The notes below the pieces were generated by a model. That model searched no databases. It was given only the letters and a program-made list of their open reading frames with translations, and was not told the DNA's origin. Shown here one piece after another: positions 37,871 to 51,528 of a DNA stretch of 64,000 nt (positions are counted from its first letter, which is position 1; each line of letters opens with the position of its first letter). Both the position numbers and the translations under genes were made by a program. Source of the stretch: Camelus ferus. Lineage: Eukaryota. Location: positions 87,918,001 to 87,982,000 of the forward strand of contig NC_045697.1 of the NCBI RefSeq assembly GCF_009834535.1, given 5' to 3'.

Positions 37871-40800
37871 TGATTTTCTATGTCCTTACCTACCACAGCA
37901 AATGCCACCCAGTTATATTGCATTTAGTCATTTCTTTTTTTCCTTCTCTTCTTCTGCCTTCTTCCAAATTCAAGTGAACCACATACGCTGTATTTTTAAA
38001 AACAATGGTCTATTAACCTTAAATAGATCATAGACCTAAAGTAGTTTTGAAATGTTACCAATTAAATCTTTTCTTGTCTACATTTCTATGTCAATTTTTA
38101 ACTTTAATTTGAGATTTGGAAAATACACATGTAAATAAAATAGAACAAATTTAATTATTTGTTTAAAAATGTTTCTTTAAAGTGTGTAGAAGTTCTATAA
38201 ACAGCAACTTGTCTATTTGTGTTTTGCTCCAGAAAACATAAAATAATTTCAGCTAAAGGAGTTTTGAGGTGGCCTGTGAGTAAAAAACATACCATTAAAA
38301 TATAATTTATCCATTGAAAACTATTGAGTAGCAGTAAACTCTTAAAACATTATATGCAATGACTAAAATTAGCTATCCTCTTCAACGAAAAAGTCATAAG
38401 AAAATGACTGAATTCTGATACACAAGTTAAGGAATACTTTTGTGTGTGAATTGCTACAAATGAAGTACCTATATGTGTAATAAACTGACCAAAAATCAAA
38501 GGAAATTTTAACTTGATATTCATATCCTATTCTATATTGATATTCATATTCATAGTCTATGAATATCAAGTTAAAATATATAATATATAAAATAATAATA
38601 TTTTATAATATGTCTTAAGGTAAAATTTACTTTTTCCAAAAAGTCTATTTACTTAGATAATAAAGTATAATAGAAAATTTGACTGTTTAAAACATGTTTT
38701 TACATATATTATTCATTCTGATTATTTTCATTGACAGATGGCAGATGAAGAACATGAGACTAAGATCAAGCACCTGAACATATAATTTCTGACTTTAAGT
38801 GCTAGGTCTTCTGATTTTGACTTCACTATTCTGAACATTGAGAAGGTTCAATACTTTGAAATTTAGAAATTGTAAACCACTTTTAAAAGTCGACTGAATA
38901 CATACTTTTTTTTTCTGGCTGTAGTGCATGAATAAACTTTTAGAATTTTTATATCCTGCAGTGTACAGCAATCGTAAACATCTCATGGGTACTTGAAGAG
39001 ATGATGACTGATAACCTACTACATTACTTATTTATAGTCACTTACGGCAATCTTTGCTATGTTGAAAAGGGAAGGAGGGGAGGCTTTTGTTTGGAAAATA
39101 ATATTAACGATGGCTAGCTGACTGTTTTACATGTAATATATAATGATAAAAGAAAAATAAAGAGTTTTAAGCTATGCTGAATAACTCAGAGATATGGTCA
39201 GTGGGAAGCACTGAGGATTTACTTCTACATAGGCACATTTAAGACAGTAGGCCCTGTGAACACTATCTCTCCAACCAAAGGCAATAGGGAAGCTTGAAAT
39301 GCAAATACAACCAAGTTTCTCAAGCAAAAGTGATTAATCATTTAAGCAAGTGCTGGCTTTGGTTCAGAAGTGGTTGGTTACAAGAGAGTTTGGTTTGGCT
39401 CATTGCTGAGCCTTGAGTTGATTGTTGTATTGAGAGGATAGTCTCAGATTTGCCATCAAGATGTTTTTTGTTGATTCTGATTAGTTTTCCAGGAAGCAGT
39501 AGCTCTGGTTCCTTCTTAAAGGGCTCTGAATACTTGACCTCTACACCCTCTGGGCTAAAGGCCATTTAAGAGGCAAGCTTAAATACATAGACTCAAGGCT
39601 CAGTGGAAATGCTCCTTATCAATGAGAGAAAAATCCCCTGATTCTGTTTTATTCATTATTTGTCAAAAAAAGCATGTGATACTGGACCATATGCCTTAAT
39701 AATTTCGTAAGGTGAATCACAAATGTATAGACAAAGGACCTTTAACATAGTGAGAGTTGATAATTCCGGAGAGAAACAGGGCAAGCAAACTGTATAGAAC
39801 TTAAAAGTATTTATATTCGAGAAAAGACTATGGGTCCAAATCCGAGTTATTACATTATTGAGAAAAATGCAAATGAAGATTGGATGACAATAAAATCATC
39901 TGTTTTCTTGTGCTTTTTGGCCATGTTGCCACCAGAAGATTGTTTTCATATTAAAAACAAACAGTTAAATTATGGAGAGTTAGAGATCCTGCTACTTTGG
40001 CACAAGTGGCAATAATGGCAAACCTGTATATTTTGTTATACAGGTGAATACCTAATAGGGTAAAATTAAATGGTTGTATGAAAAATACACTATAACTATT
40101 AACAAAATAATGTAATTCTGAGTGCATTAGGGAGACAGATGTGCAATTGTGTTTTGTCAGTTACTATAAGGACTTACTGTGGTTCAGTGAATCAAGTTGC
40201 ATAAATAAATTTTACCCATTGCTGGCTTTAATAAAAGCAAGCAAACAAGCAAAAAAAAACAAAAAACAAAAAACAAAAAACAAAAAACCCCAAACAAACA
40301 AATTTAAATACATAGTTTTCAGAGTAATTTCCCCTCTGTCCCATCCTGCTCAATGATTTGAAAGATGATAACATTTAAGGAAACATTTCCAGTTTTTGTC
40401 TTTGGGAAAGGTCAGAGGTATAGAAATTTTTCTAAGAATGGATAGGGAGGGTCGGTTTGCCTTGGGCCATTGGAGTGCATTTGATTAGAGGGGAAGGAAA
40501 CCAACAACAAAAACAGTCTTTAGATAGCTTTCCTGGAGTGTTGACTCCCCATACTGATTGTCAATACCACCCTGCATACCATGGCCTGGATAGCAGAAAC
40601 ACCCCTTTCTTTCATTTTTCTTCCTTCCAAAGGCCAAACATGCTGTCTTTGGATAGATTTCAATCCTACTTTAATTCATTAAAAAGTGAAACAAAATCAC
40701 CATTTACATCCTTGACAGCTGGCAGGTTTTATGTGTTCTTACTACTCTTGCCAAGTAGCAAAAGGTTTCATTCAACTCAGTCACGGATCCTTGGAGAGCT

Positions 40801-41549
40801 GTGAGTGTGGAGCCCATCAAAACACAATGCTAACAATGGCACAGGAGCTGCAGGCATGGGGGTATTATGCCAACCCACCGGTGTGTAGGAAGTCATCACT
40901 TTTTAAAACTTCAAAAAGGAACTACAACAAAAGGTTTGAGAGGGCTCAGATCACAGGGAGTTTCTGTGCCACTTGGGGTAGAAACATACCAAAATGTTAT
41001 TGATTATCTTTAATATACATTATAGATATTTAAAGTAAGAAATGTATTTTTAAGAGAACATACATAGTAAAAGGAATATGGGAATTTAATTAGCTTCCAT
41101 TAAAAAAACAGAACCATGGAACTTGTAATGGGTGACTGAAAATAAAACAGAACTGGTAACAGCAGAATTTGGGGGATTTGAAATACATTTCCTTTGATTA
41201 AAAAAATACCTCTAATTTCCTATGAAGATGGAGGTGTGTTATGCACAGGATGGGGATAAAATAATGAATTATGACCTTCTTTATGTTATTTTTTTTGCAG
41301 AAACAAAGAACTAAATTAAAACATATGCCCATAAGGGATTACTAGTTATAAATTAATTAATTATGGTAAAGTTTAGATTCTTCTTTCCAACTGTAATTAC
41401 CTGTTGGCTTAAAGAGGATCTTGGTTAATTATGATGATCAATAGCCTTGCAGTCAGAGATAATACAAGAAAAAGGTAACTAAGTGTTAATTGCATTTCTC
41501 AGCCAAGATTAATTTACACAGATACTAAATAATACTGAAGGAGGCCATT

Positions 41550-41790
41550 AGCCTGGTGTTTAGAAATCTACTCAAACTCTGATTCTCTGAGTTCCTATCC
41601 CATTTTTGTTCGAGTAGATTGACTTTAAGCAAATTACTTAATCTAAGTGTCAAATATTTATTTACAAACTGGAATAAAATTACAGAATATACTTCATAGT
41701 GTGAAGATCAAGTAAGATAAAGATACAGTGTTTAACCAAGCTACATTATTAGCACATTAGAAGCATTCAAAGAGGTTTATTACCATAATC
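41550..41790 (+). mobile_element. MIR
   Basis: ctgagttcctatccc...tgactttaagcaaattacttaatct; gtgaagatcaagtaagataa. Confidence 0.65.
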
Positions 41791-43284
41791 TAAGGTATAT
41801 ATTCAATTTACCAGTTTCCAGAAGTATCACTTTAAATAATGTATTCAAGTGCTATACTTATGAAGGAGGACTTTATCACCACCTTTGACCATGAAGGTCA
41901 AATGGATGCCACTGCTCAGCTCTGTCCTTAGTGCTTTAAAGTATAATCAGAATTTCAATTTAGATCCCTATTTTTAGGCTTATACTTAAAACTTTTTGAC
42001 AAAACAACAGGGGTTAGAAATAGACCTAGAATCAAATGGAGAGCATATGCTCTGCTTATCTTTTAATTTTTGCATTTATATTTTAACACCTAAAATGAAT
42101 TGTTTTACTTAATTAGCATGCATATACATGTGTTTATGTACATATTCAGCCTTTGAGGAAAATATCACCACCATTATGAAGGGCATCAGGAAGGGATCTG
42201 TAGCCACTTTCATAACTGAGTATCAATCCTGCCCAAATCAACATGTCTGGCTTTCTTAAATTAAATAATAACTAGGCATAAGAAACTATTTACCAATCTT
42301 TACTAAATTATAAAAAAAAATAGCCGTTTTGTTAATCATGGACTGGTTCTTTTACTTGACTGGATCATTTTCATGTTGTTTCAGTTAGTTATTTTTATAT
42401 ACTTACTATTTTTTGATCTCTACTTTTTATCTCAGGTAGGAGAAATGGCTCAGATCTGCGACTCCAGCCCAGAAAGAGGACTACTTTGGGCTCTAAAACT
42501 AAAAAGCCAGGGGAACTGACTTTTCTGGCGAAGTGAAATCACTATGGCATGTGTTCAGCTTTAAGTTGTTTCATTTAACAAGCCAACAAATTCGTAAAAC
42601 AACTTGCTTTTAGAAAACCATCTTGTTGCTTTTTGCCTGTGCAAGATCCTGTCTGCTGCAGATGTAATCCCAGGGCTAGTGTCTGCCACAAAATTAATTT
42701 GCAGAAAAACAATAGAGTGACTTCTGGTCACTATTCTTTTTGTGCTCTTATTTATCCTGATGTGGGAAGATGAGAGACATATTTTGTTTCCAACCAGACA
42801 TTACAGTGAGAAGTTTGGAATACATTTTTAGATAGCAGGCAAGACCAAGAAATCTTTATCTAGAGGTTTACGAGGCTTCTACTTTGTAAGTTCTGAAGTT
42901 TTTAGACTGGTACAAAATTACAAACTTCAACATATGTAAATATATTAGAAACGCCAAATCACAAAAGATGTCATAGCAATTTTGTCTTTGTGAATTGTTA
43001 AATTTCTTTAAAATTTAAGCTACAATTTTAAAGCCTATTGTTACGTAAGGCCTGCATGCTTCAAGCGGAAGAGAACTGTCATGATGGAGACTTTTGGTCC
43101 AAAAGAAAGATATTTCCAACATCTCAAAGGCAAAATATTTAAAGATGAAATCTTACTCTTAAAAAAAAAAATTAAAAAAATCCCTTCCTATAAGAGTACC
43201 ATTTTTTATTAGTTGTTAAAGTACAATTTTCCAAAATGTAAAACATGACACTCATACAAATATAAAATAAACACATGTCAACAA

Positions 43285-43448
43285 CTGTATTCAACTCATT
43301 AATTAATGAGAGAACCAGTCATAATCAGGGAACCGCTAAGACTAATTCAAAAAGCTTTGAGAGGCTGAGTATCTAAAAGAGTTTAATACAGGCCATTTTG
43401 AGTAAGATGGTAAAGTTAGGTACAATGCTGGTTAATCTCCTAAAGGGC

Positions 43449-43455
<7 letters not shown>
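43285..43455 (+). mobile_element. MER105-like DNA transposon fragment
   Basis: ctgtattcaactcattaattaatgagagaaccagt...ctggttaatctcctaaagggcaaaa. Confidence 0.55.
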
Positions 43456-43480
<25 letters not shown>

Positions 43481-44639
43481 CAAAACCCCTTAATCTTTCA
43501 GGTTATCTTTTATTTTGAACAGAAATTATTCACATATCTACCAGATAAAAATCTGCAAGTTAACATGTAACTCCATTAAGTCTGAGACTTTAATCAGCCA
43601 TAAACAAGGAGTTGAGAAAAAGAATATATTCTCATAAGTACTTAAGTAATTGTTGAGTAGGAATGTGCTACCCTCATCTGCTGTTGAAAAGAAGTAGCAC
43701 TTCCTTTTTTTTCTTTTTTTGCCTTATTTTCAACTTTTTATAATTCTTCTTAACAAAATAAAATCACAATTTTCCGTAGCTGGGAATATTGTATTTTTCT
43801 ACTGTCACTCAGGTTGTACTGAAACTTATTGATACTTTTTTCACAGTATCTCCAGCATAATATTTCTAAAGCACACGGCATAAGACAAGGGGGATCCATG
43901 GGCAAATATACTTAGATAAAATAACATGTTCTTTTTTCCATAACCAGTGAAGTTAAAATTGAATCTTGGATAAAATTAGAATTAGTGTGGAAGAGTGGAC
44001 AGATATGTACAGTCTTAGAAAGAGCTACAATACAGATTAGGGATAACAAAAGGACTACCATGTTGGAATGGAACTTTAGTTAGAGACAGCTAAGAGATTA
44101 AAGTTGTTTTTCTTTGTAAAAAGTACTCTATTTACTTACCTTTAAATGTCTTTCTTTCTTTGACAACAGTGATAAAATGGATATAGAGATACTTATCATA
44201 CTTGGAAATAAGAGATACTCTCCAACTCTAACTTCCTTATAAGCTGGAACTGAAATCAGAATAAAGTCTGGGGAGACAGAAAGGGATATGTAAAAATGTC
44301 TCTGCTAATATTAATTTATGTGTCAAAATATGAATCTGTGTCCCCTAAGAGCTTTTCATGTAACATTTAGGAGAAGGAATTCTGGGGACAAAAAACAATT
44401 ACAGTAAGTTCAGCATTTCCTTCAATATGTGGGAGCAATTATTTGCTGTATCTTGGACCCAAATGAGTTATTAATTTCAGAGTAGTGTTGTTATTAAATA
44501 CAGATAATAATATTAATAATGAGCACCTGGTATGTGTGAGGATTTCTACCCACTCATTGGTTTTGACTGTTTTCTTGTATTTCAGCTTAGATTCATAAAC
44601 TGGTCATGTGTAGCTATCTGATTCTTTTTTAAGAATGAA

Positions 44640-44887
44640 GTTCTAGTTAACAATGCTGTATGATATATAGGGAAGCTGTTAAGAGAGTAAATCCTGAGTT
44701 CTCATTACAAAGAGAATTTTTTTCTTTTATCCTTTTTTTCTTTTTATTCTATCTAGATGAGAAGATAAATGTTAGCTGAACCTATGGTGATAATCATTTT
44801 GCAATATATGAAAATCAAACCATCATGCTGTATGCCTTAAACTTATACAGTAATATATGTCACTTATTTTTCAATAAAGCTGGAAAA
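44640..44887 (+). mobile_element. Short L1 3' end (Laurasiatherian type)
   Basis: gttaagagagtaaatcctgagttctcattac; atcattttgcaatatatg...ccatcatgctgtatgccttaaacttatacag...caataaagctggaaaaa. Confidence 0.85.
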
Positions 44888-45244
44888 ATGGATTTATTTT
44901 CCCACAGATTGCATATAAGTGTTGATGATTTTGTAACTGTTTGAGTTGGCTATTAATAATGCTTTTGGAAATCAGTTATGTCTCAAGAGTTCTATTCCTG
45001 GGAAAATAAACCAATCAAAGCTGAAAGTGCATGAAGAAAATAAAATGCTGAAACGTTAAGAGGATTTATTTCTAAATTTTGATATGTATTTCAAGCAGGA
45101 GAAGTGCTAGCAAACTCTTTTTTATTGACACTTTGTGTGATATATGTTTAACCCTTACGGTAACATGTTCCTGTCCTGTTGGATGTTCTGGTTTTGTTAA
45201 AATTGGAAATCTGCTATGTCTTTAGAATCTTGTGATATATACCT

Positions 45245-46506
45245 TTTATTGCTTTGCTAGGGCTGCCATAATAAAGTATCACAGATAGGGTGAATTAAAC
45301 AACAAAAATTTATTTCTCATAGCTCTCAAGTCTAGAAGTCTGAGATCAAGATGCTAATAGGATTAGTTTCTTTTGCAGCCTCTCTCCTTGGCTTGAAGAG
45401 GGTTGTTCTTTCCTTGTGTCTTCACATGGTCTTCCTTCTATATGTGTCTGTGTCTGTGTCCTAATTTCCTCTCCTTATAAGGACACCAGTCATATCATAT
45501 TAGGGCTACCCTAATGGCCTAATTTTAACTTAGTTACCTTTTTAAAGACATGTGAAATAACAGAAAATATATATATTGGTCTCTGCCCATGGGTCCTGGC
45601 AAAAGTCTCTTGAAACCCTTGTCATTTCCTGAGTTAAAGAAACATTTTTTGTTTTAATGAGGTGATTCAAGGCAAGTTCTTGGATGGCTCCTGAATAATC
45701 GCTAGTCACTGGAAACACCAAGCCATGATTAAAAACATGGGATTTTCAGGCCCACTCCCCATTCTCCTGAGAAGGGAGAAGGGCTAGAAATGGAATTAAT
45801 GATCAATCATGCCTACGTGATAAAGATGCCATAAAAATCCCAAAAGTATGGGGTTCAGAGGGCTTCCAGGTGAGTGGCACACCCCAACTTCCTGGAGACA
45901 GGAGTTCCTGGGCTTAGGACCCTCCCAGACCTCACTCTATGTATCTCTTCATCTGGTTGTTCTTCTGTAACTTTTATTACATTGTTTAATAAACTGATAA
46001 ATATAAGTAACTGTTCCTCTGTGTTTTGTGAGCCATTTTAGTAAGTTAATCAAACCCAAAGAGGGGGTCACAGGAACCTCTGGTTTGTAGCCAAGTTGGA
46101 AAGAAGTTGTGGGTAACCTAGAAACCTACTACTTTCTATTGGCATCTGAAGTGGGGGAGGGGAGAATCACGTGAGACTGAGCCCTTAACCTGTGGGATCT
46201 GATACTATTTCCAAGTAGATGGTGTCAGAATTGAGTTAAATTATAGGACAGTCAGCCGCTGTCAGAGAATTTTTGGTGGAGGAAAACCCCCACACATCTG
46301 ATGGCAGAATTGTTGGTGTGTGTTAGCAGTGTAAGAGTAAAGGAGAAACACAGGAGGCTCTGTTTTTCTCTTCTCAGGAGGAGAAGGCTGGGTTTTTTTC
46401 TTTCTTACTGAAGGCACTATCTCTAAATATAGTCACATTCTGAGGCACTGGGATTTAGGACTCCAAAATATGAATTTGGGAGGGTACACTAATTCAGCCC
46501 ATAACA
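45245..46506 (-). mobile_element. MLT1A/B (MaLR) solo LTR split by MER21
   Basis: tttgctagggctgccataataaagtatcacag...tctagaagtctgagatcaag...taaggacaccagtcat, resuming ctatctctaaatatagtcacattctgagg...attcagcccataaca. Confidence 0.88.
45551..46411 (+). mobile_element. MER21-family ERVL solo LTR
   Basis: tgtga start; ggtctctgccc...caccaagccatgatta; gatcaatcatgcctacgtgat; aaacccaaagagggggtcacaggaacc; possible TSD agaca/aggca. Confidence 0.85.
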
Positions 46507-47577
46507 GACCACAAATCTGCCTAATAAATTTCAATCTTAGTTGCAATTAAGTCAGATTTGGCAAAAAAAATAAGCTGATTTATATTTTCCAGTCATCTAG
46601 ATGTTTAAATATGTATTGCATATGTGTTCCACATCACCTCTTCTCTTTCTCTGGTATGTATTAGTTTTAGTTGTCACTCCTTTGATTTCCCAAAGTGCTG
46701 TGTTTAGAATTTAGCCATTGAACTTGTACTAAAATTATTTTGAGTATTTTTGATCCCAACGTACTGAAACACATAGAAATCAGTGAGTGAGAAATGTCAG
46801 TTTTTTGGTTTGGTGGGGTTTTTTTGTTTTTTTTTTGGTTTATTTTTTTATTTTCATTGTGAGAGAAGATAGAGGATAATGAATTTCCAGGAGAAAAATA
46901 GAACTCTCACTCTAATAAATACAGGGTAGGGAACCTGACCCTTTAAGAAGGTGTATGTATAAAACCTTAAGTGGTGTTCCTGTGTGCTGAGGAGTCTCAA
47001 CTTTGCCAAGTGTAAGAAATGAGATTATTTTATGTTTTAACCATTATCACCTTCAAAGTTGTAGAATGAAATCTCTCTTCTCTGTTGGATAACATTTTGG
47101 GCAGATTTGATAACTTCCTAGAAAATTTCAATAATCAAAATTTTTGTCTACTCCGATTTATAAGTCCAGTATTATATTTGATAAAATGATTTTGTCTCTC
47201 GTGTTGGCAGAAACAAAAGTTCTATAGTATCCCATATAATCTGAAGTCAGTCACTGATGAACTAGTGATAACATTCTTCCCCTCCCCTGCTGGCTGCTTC
47301 TACATGAGAAGGAAGCCGGGCCTGCTCTTTCACTTCTCCTCCCTGCCCCCCACCCTAGAGCACGGGCATATGTGTGCAAAGCACAGGTTAGTTACTTGCT
47401 ACTTGTCTCCCTCTACCTCCTGCTAAATCTCTGTTTCCTTTCGTCTATAGGGTCAGGGAGAAAGGAGTTCAAAAAAGGGGCATGTCATTTATGTCTTTTC
47501 TGTTGCTGTGCCAAAACGCTGGATCTCTCAGAGGGAGGATGAATGAGTTCAGGAACCAAGGAAGAAACCCCTTCTCA

Positions 47578-47610
47578 CGCACATACACACACACCCACAC
47601 ACACACACAC
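47578..47610. repeat. (CA)n microsatellite, imperfect
   Basis: Direct reading. Confidence 0.9.
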
Positions 47611-49609
47611 CACAATTCCCAGACAAAGGACATCAGGCCTCAGCTAAATTTCTTTCAACTCCTGTCAGCATCTGCCCCTGCTGGTAGATCCATTTGTTCT
47701 TTCTTCTCAATTTCTTTTGCCCTAGCCAGCATCCTCATTGCGATTCAGGTATGATGGTGAAAATTCATCTATCTTCTATAGTATTCACCTAATCCACAGC
47801 AAACTCATGCATTTTAGCCATGACAAATGGTGGGAGGGCACAGTATTCTGCTTCTGCCTCCTTTCGCCACCCTGAGATCATCCTAATCTTTCTATTCCTC
47901 TTCTGAGAGAGGTGTAGGGAAGCTTATTAGTGATTCTTTTGGAGTACCCCCTCAGTTTGGTTTTGTGATCTCCCTAATAGGCTGAGTTATTTTTCCAAGA
48001 TTTCTTATAGGTGATAGTCATATAAATGAAAAGAGGGGCAGGGGAGGTCTATATGCTGACTGGTGGCCCTGGAGGAGGGAAGTTATTTGTGGCTTTTCTT
48101 TGATTGCAGAATACTTGGAAAGTTTGTTCTCCAGTCTGTGACTGTAGTTTCTCATTCAGGGCACTCAACATGCTATTATATCAGTAACAGATTTATTCAC
48201 CTAGAGTGCAACCATAGTGAGAATGGTTAGCCTCTAGACACTGAATTCTGACCAACTGCCTTGGGATTTCCTTGGAAATCTAATTTTTTAAAGAATGGAA
48301 AACAAAATTGAAGAGTGATAATTCAAAGTATATTTTTTCAATTCTTAGAAGTTCTAAACATAAGCTTCTTTGTATGGCAGATCTACATTGATTTTCATGG
48401 CACATAGTACTCTAAATTTATATCCCTGCTTCTTAAATGTAATTTATGTACTATTAAAAGTCTCTCTCTCCATAGTTTTAATTTCTCCACATTTAGAATG
48501 ACAAGAATTATTGTCTACCCATATCACAGTAGCTTTATAATCATAAAAGATGAAATGGGTTTATAATTATTTTATAAACTGCAAAATGCTGAGAAATATG
48601 AAATAGTAGTGTCTTTTTTTGATTTTTGTCTTTTGGCCCTACTTATTTCAAAACTCATTTATGCATAAAATTGATTCCACAAAGGAAAAGACAGGTTTTA
48701 GAAGAAAAAAAAATCACCCAACCCATCTTTTTTCTCTTAGAACTGGAAACAGTAACAATGATGACCAACCACTCAGACCCTGAATAGGAGAAGAACTGAC
48801 TCCTTTGTTATACCCTGAAGCCACGTGATGTAAGTGAGGGGAGCAGCCACTAGCTTCCAAGCTGGAGCTGAGATTTGACCAGTAGGCTTTCTGTAGGAGG
48901 AAGTGGTTCAGAATAAGAAACTTGTATTTGGACAGTACTTGGCCCCCTTCTCACCAGCACAGAATGTGATCTTGGTCAAGTTGCTTATATGTAAACGAGC
49001 ATAATGACATTACTGCATTGGGTGGATGAACACTTGTAACATGTTGCTGTGCAATATTGTCCACACTATAACCCATTATTAGCTCTTACTTTGTATTAGC
49101 ATTATTTGAGATGTTTTACACGCATTATGTTATTTATGTACTTCTAAATGCTTTACATACTTAACATGGATGGTGTGCTTGTGTGTACCATATTCTTTTT
49201 TAGCTAGATAGTAGTTAGCTGTCAGAAAGGCTAGCAAAAGCAAAATTTGTCTAATTCTCCATAAAACTTTCAACCAGGCAGTTGGAAAGCTTGGCAACAT
49301 CAGGGCAGTAAGTAGAGAGCCGGAAGGGCTTAGACCACAGATTCAGGGCTTTCCCTCTGGACACATAATTACTGGCATCTGCAGGCACAGTCTTTCGTGT
49401 GGGTTTCCTTGGACGTATGCTGCATAACTATTTAACTGATCCCTTTTCAATATTATTCTACTGGACATAAGTTTGCTCATTTCATTCTCAGTATCTAGTT
49501 TCAAGACTGAAGAACCACAATCTCATGGCCAGAATGGAAGATATACTTGCTGTCTCTGAACGGATTATGTAAGAATACCTCTTGATAAACTTCTTTTTAA
49601 TCTTATATT

Positions 49610-50020
49610 CATAAGAGAGTTCTGCAGACCTAAAAATATGTTGTGAGAAAAAAAAGGGTTCTGTGGTCAATATAATTTGCAAAATACATTGGTGTATATA
49701 AATTAAACAACTCTTAACTAAAAGGCTCTTAGAGATCAGTTCTACTCTAAAGTGCTTCCTAAATCTGCAAGAAGGGAACAGTACTGGGTTCCCTTCTCAC
49801 TTACATATAGTGTGATCTTGGTCAAGCTGCTTAGGGGGAAATTAGCATAGTGATACTACTATATTGGGTGGACTGAAAAACTCGTAATATGTGGTACACA
49901 ATATTATCCATATTATATACCCATGTTATAGAAAACATAGTGTGTGTCTATTTGCCCAGGAATACTTTTCAAGGAGATTCTCCTGGGATAATATTTCATG
50001 GATCATACTTTGGAAAACAA
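49610..50020. mobile_element. hAT-Charlie-like non-autonomous element interrupted by a local duplication
   Basis: aaagggttctgtggtcaa...aaattaaac; ends catggatcatactttggaaaac. Confidence 0.45.
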
Positions 50021-51528
50021 ATATCTAAGTGTACCATCCTCATTTTTCAGTCAGAAAGATAGACCTGAAAGCAACTGGAGTCCTAATTTGAGTCTGCATG
50101 AAAATTGTCCCCTAATATTTCCCCTTCCTTCACCACATGAAAGTAAAACTCAAAGTCTCCTGTTTGAAACAGAACTGGCAGCTCCAACTTGAATAGGTGG
50201 ATCAGTTCATATGATGTCCTTTTAGAGGAAACCACAATCTCTCATGCTCTCAATTTTTCCTTATCTTTCCACAGTGGTGAGAAAATCAGATTTTAATGCT
50301 TTGACTGATGTTTTATTTCTAAACTTAATATAGATGCTATCTACTCTGTAGACAGAGACCTTTTATTTATTCCCAAATTCATCCATCTGGCACCCAGCCA
50401 CAAAATTCATTTGTAAAAACCTTCTATGAATCTAAGAAATAGAATCTCTTTTGAATGTCATTTGGTTTAGTTTAGCCAAATCAAAGATTAATGGTTGGGG
50501 GTGGGAAGTGGAGTAGAGCATTTCTAATAATTAGATCTCAACCAAGGGGTGCAGTTCTGCTTCAAGGGAGTATTTGGTCTGAATTAAGAATGTCTGCTAC
50601 AAACAGCTCACCACAGCCCCCTGTCATTTTTGAATTTTGATAGCCCAGTCTGCTTCTATCTCTTGGTATAATTCCTCTTGGGTACTGTCTCGCCTTTTGT
50701 GCATGTGTTTGTCACATTCTTGACTTTGGGGGAGTAAGACTAACAGACCAGGAAACAAATCTTACATATAATTTATTTATTCCCCTTCTAATACTTTTTC
50801 TCAAAATGTTATCCAAATTATTCTGATACTGACATGATATCAAAGATTCTTCATATAGGGAGAGTTCTCTTGAAAGGATAAAGATCCTTAAACTTCAGAG
50901 ATTCCCAGAAGTTTGCATCTAAGTCATGTGAATAATAAGCACCATATTCTGTTGCAGGAACTCTTTTTGGTTACTTTTTTGTATTATTTCATTCATCACG
51001 GTATCTTGAGAGAAACGTGTATCTGTGACTTGGACAATATTTCTAAGTTGTGTTAAATCTGCTAGTTCAGCTTTACATGCCCAGGAAGAAGCTTCCCATA
51101 TTGCCCTCTGATTGCCATCAATTCTGTTGATTTAATGGTTTTAGCATTCTTTCCTCACTCAGCTTTTCATTCCATTTTGTTTCTAATTGCTGTCTTCAAC
51201 TCCTCTTCCTTTACATTATCTTCAGACTTTAAATTCCCCTTCCTAGAATTCCTTTCCCAGACCTCTAGACTTGTGAGTCTACACAATCTGAGTTTAAGAA
51301 CTAGAGACCACTTGTATAGTTCTGTTTGTTCAGAACAGAGAAGCTCCTTTATTTAAGTGCATGGTCCACATAAGGCATTTAATTGGTCATACTAAATTGT
51401 TCTTACTGCAATATAAATTAATATCATTAAGCTATGAAGTCTCACAAAATTTGCAGAAGATATAAAATTGGACAAGTGTACACATTGTATATAGGTGCTT
51501 AACAAAATTTTTCTTATATAAGTTCTTG

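Noticed and set aside
42436..42520. Strong pyrimidine tract and AG followed by a short ATG ORF (MAQICDSSPERG...)
   Set aside because: Stops after 24 codons, has no good donor and is not recognisable.
48821..48833. Overlapping CACGTG E-box and TGATGTAA motif
   Set aside because: A single short motif pair is not distinguishable from chance without conservation or binding data.
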